DNA of 64,000 nt from assembly GCF_009914755.1 (NCBI RefSeq), contig NC_060927.1. One strand, written 5' to 3'. The translations under genes were made by a program, and so were the position numbers. Below are positions 53,658 through 64,000 of the stretch, one piece after another (position 1 is the stretch's first letter; each line of letters begins with the position of its first letter). The notes beneath the pieces were generated by a model that saw nothing but the letters and a program-made list of their open reading frames with translations, did not search any database and was not told where the DNA came from. Origin of the DNA: the human T2T-CHM13v2.0 reference genome, Homo sapiens.

Positions 53658-55414
53658 CCTGTCAGGAGCCTGGGTGAAATGTTTCCCAGCAGACCCAGGA
53701 GGAAAATCTTAAGATTGGTGGGAATCCTCTTTCCTTGGGAATTAGGGCTTGTGATTACCTCTTGCTCTGAGGAGATTTTTGAACTAGGCTTACTAGGAAA
53801 AACTGAACCAAATGAGCAGGCACTGCAACAGCTAGTCTCAATTTAAAAAAATATTGTGACCTTTAAAAAATCAGAATCAACTATTTTCTCAGGTTAATTA
53901 GGTAAAAAAAGAAAAAAACATATGATATCTTCGAACCTTAAAATCTGTTGTTCTCAGCTTCATGGTTAAAACACATTACATTCGGTCTCATGGAATCGTG
54001 AACAACTTATATGTATTTGCCTTATAAAGAAAGGACCAACCATTCTCCTATTAATAAGGTGTGAAAGGTGGGGAGCTAAAAGATTAGCTTTGTAAGTGTC
54101 ATTTGGGGTGACCAGCTACAGATAGAGATGATCAGATGCTAATTTTTGCAGTAAACTTTTGGTGCTTAGACTGTCAGCTAGAGCATCTTCTCCAAGAATG
54201 ATGAAACAGAAAATTTAATCACGTAGGAAAACCCAAAGAAGGCAAATGAAGCGATGCAAAGTGAACTCCACTCCAGGCTTTAATGTTTGTTGGCTTTAAG
54301 CAAAGATGTCCAAAGTTATGGGCTGGCCCTTGAGTCAGCTTTTTGACTTAAGGATCATGATCTTTGGGGTCTAAGGCAGTTTGTTAACTGATTTTTGAAT
54401 AATTCCAGTGTGGCATTTTCCCCAGGAAAGAAGGCAAAAGTGACTATTTCTAAATCCATAGAGACTGCAGTGACTCTTTGGTAGGTCAGGCAACCAAGAA
54501 CTGTCTGTCTTGATGATAGTGGCAGTTAAGATTCTTATAATTTAGGAGGGTCTGTCAACATCCCAACCCTGCCTTGATGATATTTCCTTTGGTATCACTT
54601 GATTGAAAGAAAAAGAAAACCCAGAATGACAAAAGGATAGTGCAAATTCCACATATAAATTATTCACATACATTAAAAACAAGGTGCATACCAGTGTAAA
54701 ATGTGGTTTCGTTAGATCTACAGAAAGTTTGTGATGTCTATATGGCTTTAGGTAATAAAGGCAAAGCCCTTCAGGTTGATGGAGGAAAATTTGTTCTTTA
54801 TTGGAGAAGATGTGAGGTGGAAGAGTTCACCTGTGGATTCAGTGTAAAGACGGCAACAGATATCAAAGGAGAGGAAGCAGAGTTTGCTTCTAGCCAATAC
54901 TTCCAACATAAAGAAGGCTTCTTTGCTCAAATTTGGAAAATATACACATTGAATAAATAACATAGGCCAGCTACTTATAGAGCCAATTCATTATTCCCAA
55001 ATGCACATTAAGCTTTCCTGCCTCCCAGCTTACTTTTCTCATATTAGTCTCCCTCCTAGAATTTCCTGCACATCCATTTCTAGCCAGCCCTACTTTAACC
55101 ATTATGAAAATGGAGGTCATGTGCCAACCTCCCTGAGAAACTTTCTCTGAACTAGCATTTATTTTGAATAGGCTCTGCATTTGCTTGTTTCAATGTAATT
55201 GTTTCCTACATGTTCCTGTGTTCCATTTTGAAGGTGCATATCTTGTGGTACTAAATATCTTTTTAAATAAAAGGACTCTGTCATATGCTTTGATGTATGA
55301 CCATGAACTCCTGGATGGATGCTTGGCAATGGTAAGTACTTCACAACAATTCATTTTTTTTTTATGCTTAGACATTCTTCTTTGGCTATTAATTTCAAAT
55401 TATAAAACTTAGAC

Positions 55415-55985
55415 CATATGAGTACATGTGTCTTTTTGGTAGAATGATTTATATTCCTTTGGGTATGTAGCCAGCAATGGGTTGCTGGGTTAAATGGTAG
55501 TTCCATTTTAAGTTCTTTGAGAAATCTCCAAATCGCTTTCCACAGTGGCTGACTTAATTCACATTCCCACCAACCTAACAGTGTATAAGCATTCCCTTTT
55601 CTCCGCAGCCTTACCAACAACTGTTGCTGTTTTTACTTTTCAGTAATAGCTATTCGTTCATTGTGTGGTGGATAGCAAAGACACGGAATCGACCTAGGTG
55701 TCCATCAGTGGTGGGTTAGATAAAGATGAGAAAAAGAAAAGGTGGCACATCATTATATATACACTGTAGAATATTACAGAGCCACAACAAAGAATGAAAT
55801 TATGTCCTTTGCAGCAACATGGATGAAGCTGGAGGCCATAATCCTAAGCAGACTAATGCAGAAACAGAAAGCCAGACGTCACAGGTTCTCCCTTATAAGT
55901 GGGAACTAAACATTGAGTATATATGGATATAAACATGAGAATAATAGTAATTGGGGATTACTGGGGGGAGCATGGGTTGAAAAAT
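55415..55985 (+). mobile_element. Older L1P (PA15/16-PB-like) with 5' inversion (inverted 55415-55655, sense 55656-55985)
   Basis: The inverted and sense segments are contiguous in the L1 consensus (...aaagacacatgtactcatatg | gttcattg...atagcaaagac). Confidence 0.85.
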
Positions 55986-56173
55986 GGGAACACATGGACA
56001 CAGAGAGGGGAACGACACACACCAGGGCGTGTTGGGGGTTGGGGGGTGAGGGGAGGGAACTTAGAGGATGGGTCAATAAGTGCAGCAAACCACCATGGCA
56101 CATGTACATCTATGTAACAAACCTGCAGGTTCTGCACATGTATCCCATTTTTTTAGAAGAAATAAAAAAAAAA
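55983..56173 (+). mobile_element. L1PA8-like 3' end fused to the older L1
   Basis: gggagggaacttagaggatgggtcaata...catgtatcccattttttagaagaaataaaaaa. Confidence 0.85.
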
Positions 56174-57464
56174 ACAATGAAAAAAGTTTAGTTAGACATA
56201 TAAGCAGCTCAATGGAGAAATAGAGAGGTAATTAAAGGGCATGTTAAACATTGTTTGATTTTAAACATTGGGAAATAAGAAGACATATTTCTAGTCAAAA
56301 ATTGTCACCATGCCATACGTTGTATGGCTAAATCTGCAGTGCTTGAACCGGTGCTTGACAGGTACTCATTACATATTTGTTGAATATGTAAATAGTGAAG
56401 AAATTAAAGAGTGAAAATGATAGGACCTGTAGGTAAAATCATTAAAGGGATCACATCAGAATATCTTTTCAAAGTCTTCGAGATCATTTCCCTGATCAAT
56501 GTGATTTCATACCTCCAAACAAAGCATCATGATTACGTGACATGATTTGTAGAGTGTTCAGAAACTACTGTGTTCTAAAATATCTCCTCCTGTTTGTCAG
56601 AGTGTCTGAGATTTCACAGTTGAAAAGGAGCACTCCTTTGCATTTTTTGTTAGTTGAAATTTTCCTATTAGTAAATCTTTATCAGCTCACACCTTAGTGG
56701 GGCCATTTTGGGCAACTGAGTGGTTTGGTGTTAGATAAGTGTCACTGAGTGGGAGTAGCAAAGGTTCAAACTTGAGCATGGGAGATGTCACAGAGCTGCC
56801 TCTGGCCAACTCTGGCAAGGGCACTCAATAGTCAGTCCTGGGAGCCTAGCAGCTTGGCTGTGGGTGTGTTTGAAAGAGATCTCAGGTCGAGATTAATTCT
56901 TGGCAGCTGGTGAATCTATCAGCTGTATCTCTATTAGACTTTAACAGGAATAATTGAATTTTTCTTAAACTAATGTTTGCTGTTTGTTGTTGAAGATTTC
57001 TGTAAATAAGAGATACTGTTCTCCCTGATCATTTATCTTCAGAGTGGAATCACTTTTAGTTGAGATTAGGTTTTAAGGCAAAAATTTATTTGATTTACCT
57101 TTTGAAGCTTTTTAGCAGGCACTTTGTTATAAAACAATATAAGCAATGTGTAGCTCAAGATAGCTGTCTTTTTCTTAAGTATTGGGGTGAGTCATATTTT
57201 CTTTATCTGATTGCCAGCAGATGGAGTTGGCTTATACTTGAGGGCCATAGTTTTTTCTGGAAAACATGTCTCTTTAAATGCTGAGGTCATACTCCTACAC
57301 TACACTCAGTGTAACAAGAAGCTCATATAATAGGAGTTACTTAGGGCCTGGGAGTCACTCATGAGCACCAGATTCAGGTTCCCTGAAGGCGTGTGCCCAT
57401 TGAGTGGCACGGTGGTATCCCAAGATCACAACTATAGAAATTGTTCTCTTTCTCTCTCTGCCCC

Positions 57465-57784
57465 TGGGCCTGTGTCCTCAAAGCCAGCAATGGCGGGTCA
57501 AGCTCCTCCAAGTGTCCAATCTCTCCAGCCTCTTTTTGGTCCTTTTTCTGTCAGTGCTTTTTTTATTTTTTCTAGCTGGCCCTTCTCACTCTGAAAGGGC
57601 CATGTGACTACATTGGGCTCCCTGGAATAATTCAGGATAACATTCCTAATTTCAGACCTGTAACTTTGATTCCATCTCCAAAGTCCCTCTTGCCATATAA
57701 TGCAACTATATTCTTAGGTTCCAGGGATAGATAAGGATGCAGGGATCTTGAAGAGGTGGGATGAGATTTAGTCTGTCTACCACG
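57465..57784 (-). mobile_element. MLT1D/E-like LTR 5' part
   Basis: aaagccagcaatggc...tgactacattgggc...caggataa...aaagtccctcttgccat...gtctaccac. Confidence 0.65.
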
Positions 57785-59209
57785 GATCACCTGACAACGG
57801 TTGGTCTTTTTCTTTTCTCTAAAATCCAGAGAAGCTTCATTCTATTAACCATTCCAAGGAATGATTTTTATAAATAGTTACTTTCAGTAGATGAGGAACA
57901 GAAGAGGCAGAAGTTGGAACTGGCTGTATGTCCCTTGTTGACCACACTTTTTCAGATAATAGATGAATTCAACATTTAACTGGTAGGTAGGCAGCCATGA
58001 TATGGTTTCCTGGGAAGCATTGTTACTGCTGGTTAGCTGGAGGATAAGAGTAAAAGTGGAGGTGAGCCCAAATGAGGAAATGCTGTTTTGATTTTGGGGT
58101 TTTTTTTAATGTAAAAAAGTATTACGAATTACAAACTACACAAAGAGTCAAATCCCTATTTTGAGCTTGGAGAATTAAACATCAAACACAAATGCAGTCC
58201 ATCATCCTGCCAGAGCCACGAACTTCCCCAAATAGCTCTTTAAGATGTCACAGCTCCTTTGGTGGGCTGCAGTTTTGACATTTCTAAGCTTGAAATTTGC
58301 CTTTCGTGTATTATACAGTGTCTCATCAAGGGACCAACAAAACCCTGTTCCAATAAAGCCGATATATTAGCACCATCAAAAGTACATTCCCTTGATTCTT
58401 CAGTCACTTCATATAAGTAATTAACTCCACTTTTCTAGACGGCAGGCTAGTTTTCAAAGCCAGAGATGCGCATGGTTGGTTTCAGATCCAGTTCCTTGCA
58501 AACAGAGCAGAGCAGATGGAAATGAGATGCAGAGACAGTGTAGTTGAGAGAGGCAGATAATTCAATCCAAGTGACATTTGGATGCTAGGGATTTGAGATG
58601 GTTCAATTATTTTTCAGTTTCTCAACCAGACTTGTCTATGCACAGGAAGCTGGGCTTTAAAATATGACACCTGCTTCAGAGTTCTGTGCTCTTGAATAGG
58701 AGGAAGTGTTTCCAGTTAATATGATATTCTAGGAAGAGATGGTGATGGCACAGACTACCCCCACCAAACCCCCCCACCTTTATTTTGAATCTCAGGAAAT
58801 ACAGATTTTCAAAGTAAAAGTGAAACTTCTAAGAGGTATGTTAGATCATGTCACTCCTCTGCCCCAAACCCTTCAATTGTCTGCCGTTTGTCTCAATGTA
58901 AAGACCTTGAATCTTACTTTGACCTCCACTGCCTTTAGTCAGTGTTACTTGATGTGTTGTCAGTGCCAGTCCACAAACTCTTACTGGTACCCTTCAGGAT
59001 AAAGGGCCTGTCCCAGAATCCAAGTCAACAATATCAGTAAGCACCATTTAAGTCAGCTGACATTTTTTTTTTTTCTGTAGAAACATGTTCTCCATGAGGA
59101 GGGATACACTGAATGTATATATGTATAAACACATATATGCATATGTGTGTATGAGTATATGTGTGTGAGTACATATAAGCATTTGTGTGTATTTTTAATT
59201 TGCCTACCT

Positions 59210-59640
59210 TTTTTTTTTTTAGTCCTTGATTTAAAAGTTATCTCAAAAGTCACCTTTTCAGTGAGACTTCTCTGGTTACCTAACTAAATTTTTACCACCT
59301 TCAGCTGATATAACATTTGCTATTCCACTTTCTTACTTTCTTTTTTCCCCTCTTTTGTACTAATCTTTAATTAATTTGCTATATATTTTACATATATATT
59401 ATTTTTTGATCATTGTTGTTTATTGTTTGTCTTTCCTTGTGGAGGTAAGCTCCAAGAAGGCAGAGATAATAGTCTGTTTTGTTTAATTCCTTTTTCACAG
59501 CTTCTAGAAAAATTAAGTGGCCCATTGTAAAGAGTCAATAATTATTTTTTGACTACAATATTATACGAATAATTGAAGGACTAAATAGCTTAGTGAATAA
59601 ATGGATAAATAAGTGAACAGATAAATGATTGAATGAATAA
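59210..59640 (+). mobile_element. L2a 3' end
   Basis: gtcaccttttcagtgag...gtaagctccaagaaggcagag...tgaatgaataa tail. Confidence 0.65.
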
Positions 59641-59642
59641 AT

Positions 59643-59670
59643 ACACACACATACACACACACACACACAC
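59643..59670 (+). repeat. Imperfect (AC)n microsatellite
   Basis: Directly visible tandem repeat. Confidence 0.9.
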
Positions 59671-59673
59671 CCA

Positions 59674-60459
59674 TAAAACGGGAAAAGTTCTCTTGTCCCC
59701 CTTGCAAAGCGTGTGACAAGGGTGTGGCTGGCTTCTTCGCTTCTTTGGTGCCCTGCTGCTCTAACCCCTAGTGGGAGCCTGCAGATGAGCAGGTCGTGGG
59801 GAGCATTCTGTGGCTCTGAACCCATGGCAGCCTCTAGGGTTGAGTGTTTACAGCTCCCGAAGCCCCAGTGGGCATGTATGACAGTATGCTCTTTCAACTT
59901 TCCTGTCTGCAGGTGGCTTGTGTTAATCAGCTCAGTTAGACCCACTGCTTTATCTCAAGGACAGAGGGCTTTCTGTATCCCAGGTTCTTGCCCTAGTGTA
60001 CTGGAAAAATTGGACCACACGTGGGCTTGGAGAATGAGTGCAAGGTTTTATTGAGTGGTGGAAATAGCTCTCAACAGATGGATGGGAGCCAGAAGGGGGA
60101 TGGAGTGGGAAGGTGGTCCTCTCCTGGAGTCTGTTCTTCTGACTGCCCCTGGCTGAATTCCACGCTGTCCATCGTTCTGCCGTTGATGACCTGCTGGCGT
60201 CTGTCGTGTGTTCTTCTGCCGGTGTGTTCCTCTCGACATCCAGCCACTTGTGTCTGTATCTGCTAGGGTCTCGGAGTTTTTTTTAGGCACAGGATGGGGG
60301 ATGCAGCGGGCCAGAGTGGTCTTGAAAGATGAAACATTTGGGCAGGAAAACTGGAGTGCCTGTCCTCACTTAGGTCTTTGGGCATAGGCCCGAGGGTGGA
60401 GCCCTCACCAGGGACTCCGCTTTCTCTACCCAGCACTTCCCTGCCCTCCTCTGGTATCA
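59674..60459 (-). mobile_element. LTR1B-like ERV1 solo LTR
   Basis: Minus strand starts TGATACCAGAGGAGGGCAGGGAAGTGCTGGGTAGAG. 4-bp TSD CCCA (59670-59673 / 60460-60463). Confidence 0.85.
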
Positions 60460-61514
60460 CCCATATATGTATATATATGTACATGTAGATAAATAAACGA
60501 ATGGATGGATGGATGAATATATGATGTTATATTTGTTTGTCTATTTATACGAACCTGAAGGCGAGTAACTAATTTCTGGTTTAAATGGATTGACTTTCTT
60601 CACTAGTACTATAGTAACAATGTCTTTTCTTTTAATTAATGACTATGTGTGTGGATTGGTTGTCTCCTGTTCTGCTGCAGGGCACATTTCACTTGCTTAT
60701 AAAAGAATATCCTATGATCTTATGATGACTTTCAAGAATATGGCTTTAGATACTGGTTGCTACCCAATAAGATTGAATAAGCATGAGTGAGCAAAATCAA
60801 AAGCAATTGAAACTTCATGCTTTAGGAAGCAAAGGATCATGGTGACTAACATTTTTTTTCCAGTTTCTTAACAGGACACAAATAATCAGGTTGTACATAT
60901 ATTGCAAGAATTTATGAGATATATTTAGATACATCAAACATTTAAAATTCTGTTATACATTTTAATGTCTATGAGAATAAAACTATAGGTTATACCAGGA
61001 AGAGTAAAAAGCTTTAAAATATAAATTAGAGTAATAGGTAATCGATAGAACATACACTATGTGGACAAGGCAAAAAAAATGCAGTAGCCCTAAACTTTTG
61101 GAAATGTTGATTTCATTATTGGCAGTTTTAACAGCCAGTCACTGACAAGAGATTGTAATTGTCATGTGTTTCCAGACCATCTCTCCTTGTTGCAGCTCAT
61201 TCTTGGTTGTCGCATTTTTCTTAGTTCATTGCTCACTTGCCTTTCATATTGTTAACAACCTGCTCAAATAGGTAGGGACAATGTTAGAAAAAGCAATATG
61301 TTTTGTGCTGTTTTTGTAGTCTTCAGTAATGATCTAATTTAATAATAACACTCTATGCCATTAGTAGTATTATTTACACTTTACAGACAGAGAAAATAAG
61401 GCTTACAGAAAGGTTGAGAAGATGAGTGACAGAAACAACTTAAATCTCTCTGACCCTGATATACCTTTTCTTTATCCTGCATTACTGATTTTCCTCCTGG
61501 AACTCACATTAGAA

Positions 61515-61770
61515 AATAGTAAAATAGCAGTTATGTAGGATGAATAAATCTAGAAATCAGATGTACGATATGAGGACCATAGTTAATAATATTGTATTGT
61601 ATTCTAGAAGTTGCTTGAGAATGTAGATTTTCAGTACTCTTCCCACAAAAAATAGGTTCTATGTGAGATTATAGATATGTTAAATTGATTATCTGTAGCA
61701 AATATTTCACTATGCATATGTCTATGAAAACATCATATTGTACACCTTAAATTTTTACCATTAAAAAGTA
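61515..61770 (+). mobile_element. L1MA-type 3' UTR fragment
   Basis: atgaggaccatagttaataatattgtattgtat...aaaacatcatattgtacaccttaaat. Confidence 0.75.
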
Positions 61771-62007
61771 TGATGTTTAGGGTTTCACAACAGGCTAGTT
61801 GATTCAGAATTCTGGAGTAAGGTCTGAACATGGTATTTTATGTTATTTATTTTTTTTCTAACATTTTTTCTTGGAAATTTTAAACCCACAGTAAATTTGA
61901 AAGAATAATACAATGAACACCCATTCCTTCATCTAAAGCTATCAAGTAATAATATTTGGCCTCATTTACTTAATCTTCACTCCTTTCTCCCTTCCCTGGC
62001 ACCCTCT

Positions 62008-62011
<4 letters not shown>

Positions 62012-62061
<50 letters not shown>
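62012..62061 (+). repeat. (AC)25 microsatellite
   Basis: Perfect repeat at the MER2 terminus. Confidence 0.97.
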
Positions 62062-62066
<5 letters not shown>

Positions 62067-62376
62067 GCCCTCTATCTGCAGGTTCCTCATTTGAGGATTC
62101 AACCAAACTTGGCTCAAAAATATTTGAAAAAAATAACAATAAAGCAACAACTAATAAAAATTTAAAACACAGTATAACAGTTATTTACATAGCGTTTATA
62201 TTGTTTTAGGTACTATAATAATCTAGGAATAATTTAAAGTATATGGGAGGAAGTGCGTAGGTTATATGAAAATGCTACGCCATTTTACATAAGGAACTTG
62301 AGCATCAGAGAAATTTGGCATTTGCAGGAATCCTGGAATCAATCCTGCTTGTCAAGGGGATGTCAAGGGATGATTG
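62060..62376 (-). mobile_element. MER2 (Tigger/TcMar) DNA transposon
   Basis: gtataacagttatttacatagc...tttaaagtatatgggagg...cttgagcatc...cctggaatcaatcc; TA follows the right end. Confidence 0.85.
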
Positions 62377-63079
62377 TACTCATACACAAATATCTATTTA
62401 ACTCTTTTATTTCTATTTGGTTTGTTTAGAAGTAAGTGGTAGACATCATGATACTTTACTCTTAAATCTTCAGCATGCATTTATATAGAAGAAAGATATC
62501 CTGTTCCACAACCATGATATTATTTTGATACCCAAGATACCTAAGAATGATAAAATGCTTATTTTACATATGGCATACTGTCCATTTTCAAATTTCCAAA
62601 ATGTACTTTATTTTATTACTTATTTGTTTTGTAAATTCAGGATCCAATCAGGGATCACACCTTGAATTTGGTTTTCATTGAATAGTTTTCTGACCCCAGT
62701 CTAGAACATTTCACTCACTATTTTATTTTTAAATATTTCTATGACTTAGATATTTTTTAAAAATCCAAGTTTTGTAGTAAAATATTCCAACCTCTGGAAT
62801 GTTTTCCTAATTTTTAGATTCAGAAAAAATACTTTTGGCAAGAATTGAATTTGGCGATGTTATAAACTTTCTACTGCTTCAAATCAGGTGTTGTACAATA
62901 CTGGTTTATTCCATCACCTGGTTCAGGTGGTGCCTGACAAATCTCTCCATTGTAAAGGCACCTTTTCTCTTTGAAATTTATAATCAATGGGGTATCGATT
63001 TGATTTTCTATTTTGTTTCTCTATCTTCTTGAGATTGAAACTTGGCTCACTTTTTTGGGGTGAAGGGGGCATTCTTCCA

Positions 63080-64000
63080 TTTTAATACACACATTTAAAA
63101 TTGCAAACTTACTTATATGCTCCTGAATTTTTATGTCATGTTTTATCATCCTTCCATTAAAAACATTTTCCAATTTCTGTATTTCACCCCGGGATTATTC
63201 ATAAGTGTACTGCTTAATTGCCAAGCAGTTGGAGATTTTCTAGTTATATCTATGTTACTGATCCCTAGCTTATTTTCACCAGGGTTGGAGAAAATACTCT
63301 TGACAAATTTCAGTTCTTTGATGTTTTTGAGGCTTGCCCATGATGAACATATGATCAATTTTGCTACATATTTTATGTTCACTTTTTATGTCACTTTGGC
63401 TAATTTTATGATCATGTTTTTCAAATCTTCTGTATTATTGTCTTTTTTTGGCTAATTCTACTGACCATTGAAAGAAGTATGTTAGTTTCCTACTACTGTA
63501 GCTTTGTGCCAAGTTTTGAAATTAGGAAGTATGAGTACTCCAACTGTGTTCTTTATTTTCAAGATTGTTTGGCTATTTGGGTTTCCTTTTGATTTCATGA
63601 GTTTTAGGATGGAATTTTTCTATTTCTGCAAAAAGCATCATTGGGATTTTGTTAGGTTTTTGCACTGAATCTCTAGATTTCTTTGGGCAATATTGACATT
63701 TAAACAATATTAAGTCTTCCAATCCATGACCATGGGATGTCTTTTTACTTATTTATGTTTTAAAACATTACTTTCAGGAATGTTTTGTAGTTTCTATTTT
63801 TTGATTTTTTTCATGATTCAGTCTTGATAGGTTATATTTCTAGAAATTTGTCCATTTCATCTAGGTTATATAATTTGTTGGCATATAGTTCTTCATAGTA
63901 ATCTTTTAGAATCCTTTATATTAATGTAAAATCAGTAGTTACCTTCTCTCTTTCATGTCTGATTTTAGTTATTTGCCTCTTCTGTTTTTTCTTCTTAGTC
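63080..64000 (-). mobile_element. L1M ORF2 fragments (several discontinuous pieces)
   Basis: T-rich strand; ttcaagattgtttggctatttggg, gcactgaatctctagatt, tagaaatttgtccatttcatctagg. Confidence 0.75.

Larger units (their letters stand above)
61845..63000 (-). mobile_element. Old L1MC/ME 3' region split by MER2
   Basis: aatacaatgaacacccatt...gtaagtggtagacatcatgatacttt...caggatccaatca. Confidence 0.65.

Overview
AT-rich, CpG-poor primate (very probably human) intronic or intergenic DNA. Alu, L1PA, THE1D and LTR8/LTR1-type elements establish the primate origin. I can support no protein-coding gene, intact RNA gene, CpG island or CRISPR array; the ORF track is mostly repeat read-through and random ORFs. 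The window is a dense mosaic of nested repeats: MaLR (THE1D, a full MSTB, MLT1), ERV1 solo LTRs, ERVL (MLT2, LTR16, LTR33), Alus, L1, L2, MIR and MER DNA transposons. Subfamily names are from remembered consensus sequences, and boundaries of old elements are approximate. Most notable: (1) a 22-nt retroposed 5' fragment of tRNA-Glu with an A-rich tail and target-site duplication (36603-36672); (2) a ~300-bp copy of unique local DNA inserted without TSD or tail into an MLT1 LTR 1.7 kb from its source, with a microsatellite expanded in one copy only; (3) an ERVL provirus collapsed to ~1 kb with its TSD kept; (4) a twin-primed L1 carrying a younger L1 3' end; (5) a speculative 99-nt symmetric exon on the minus strand.
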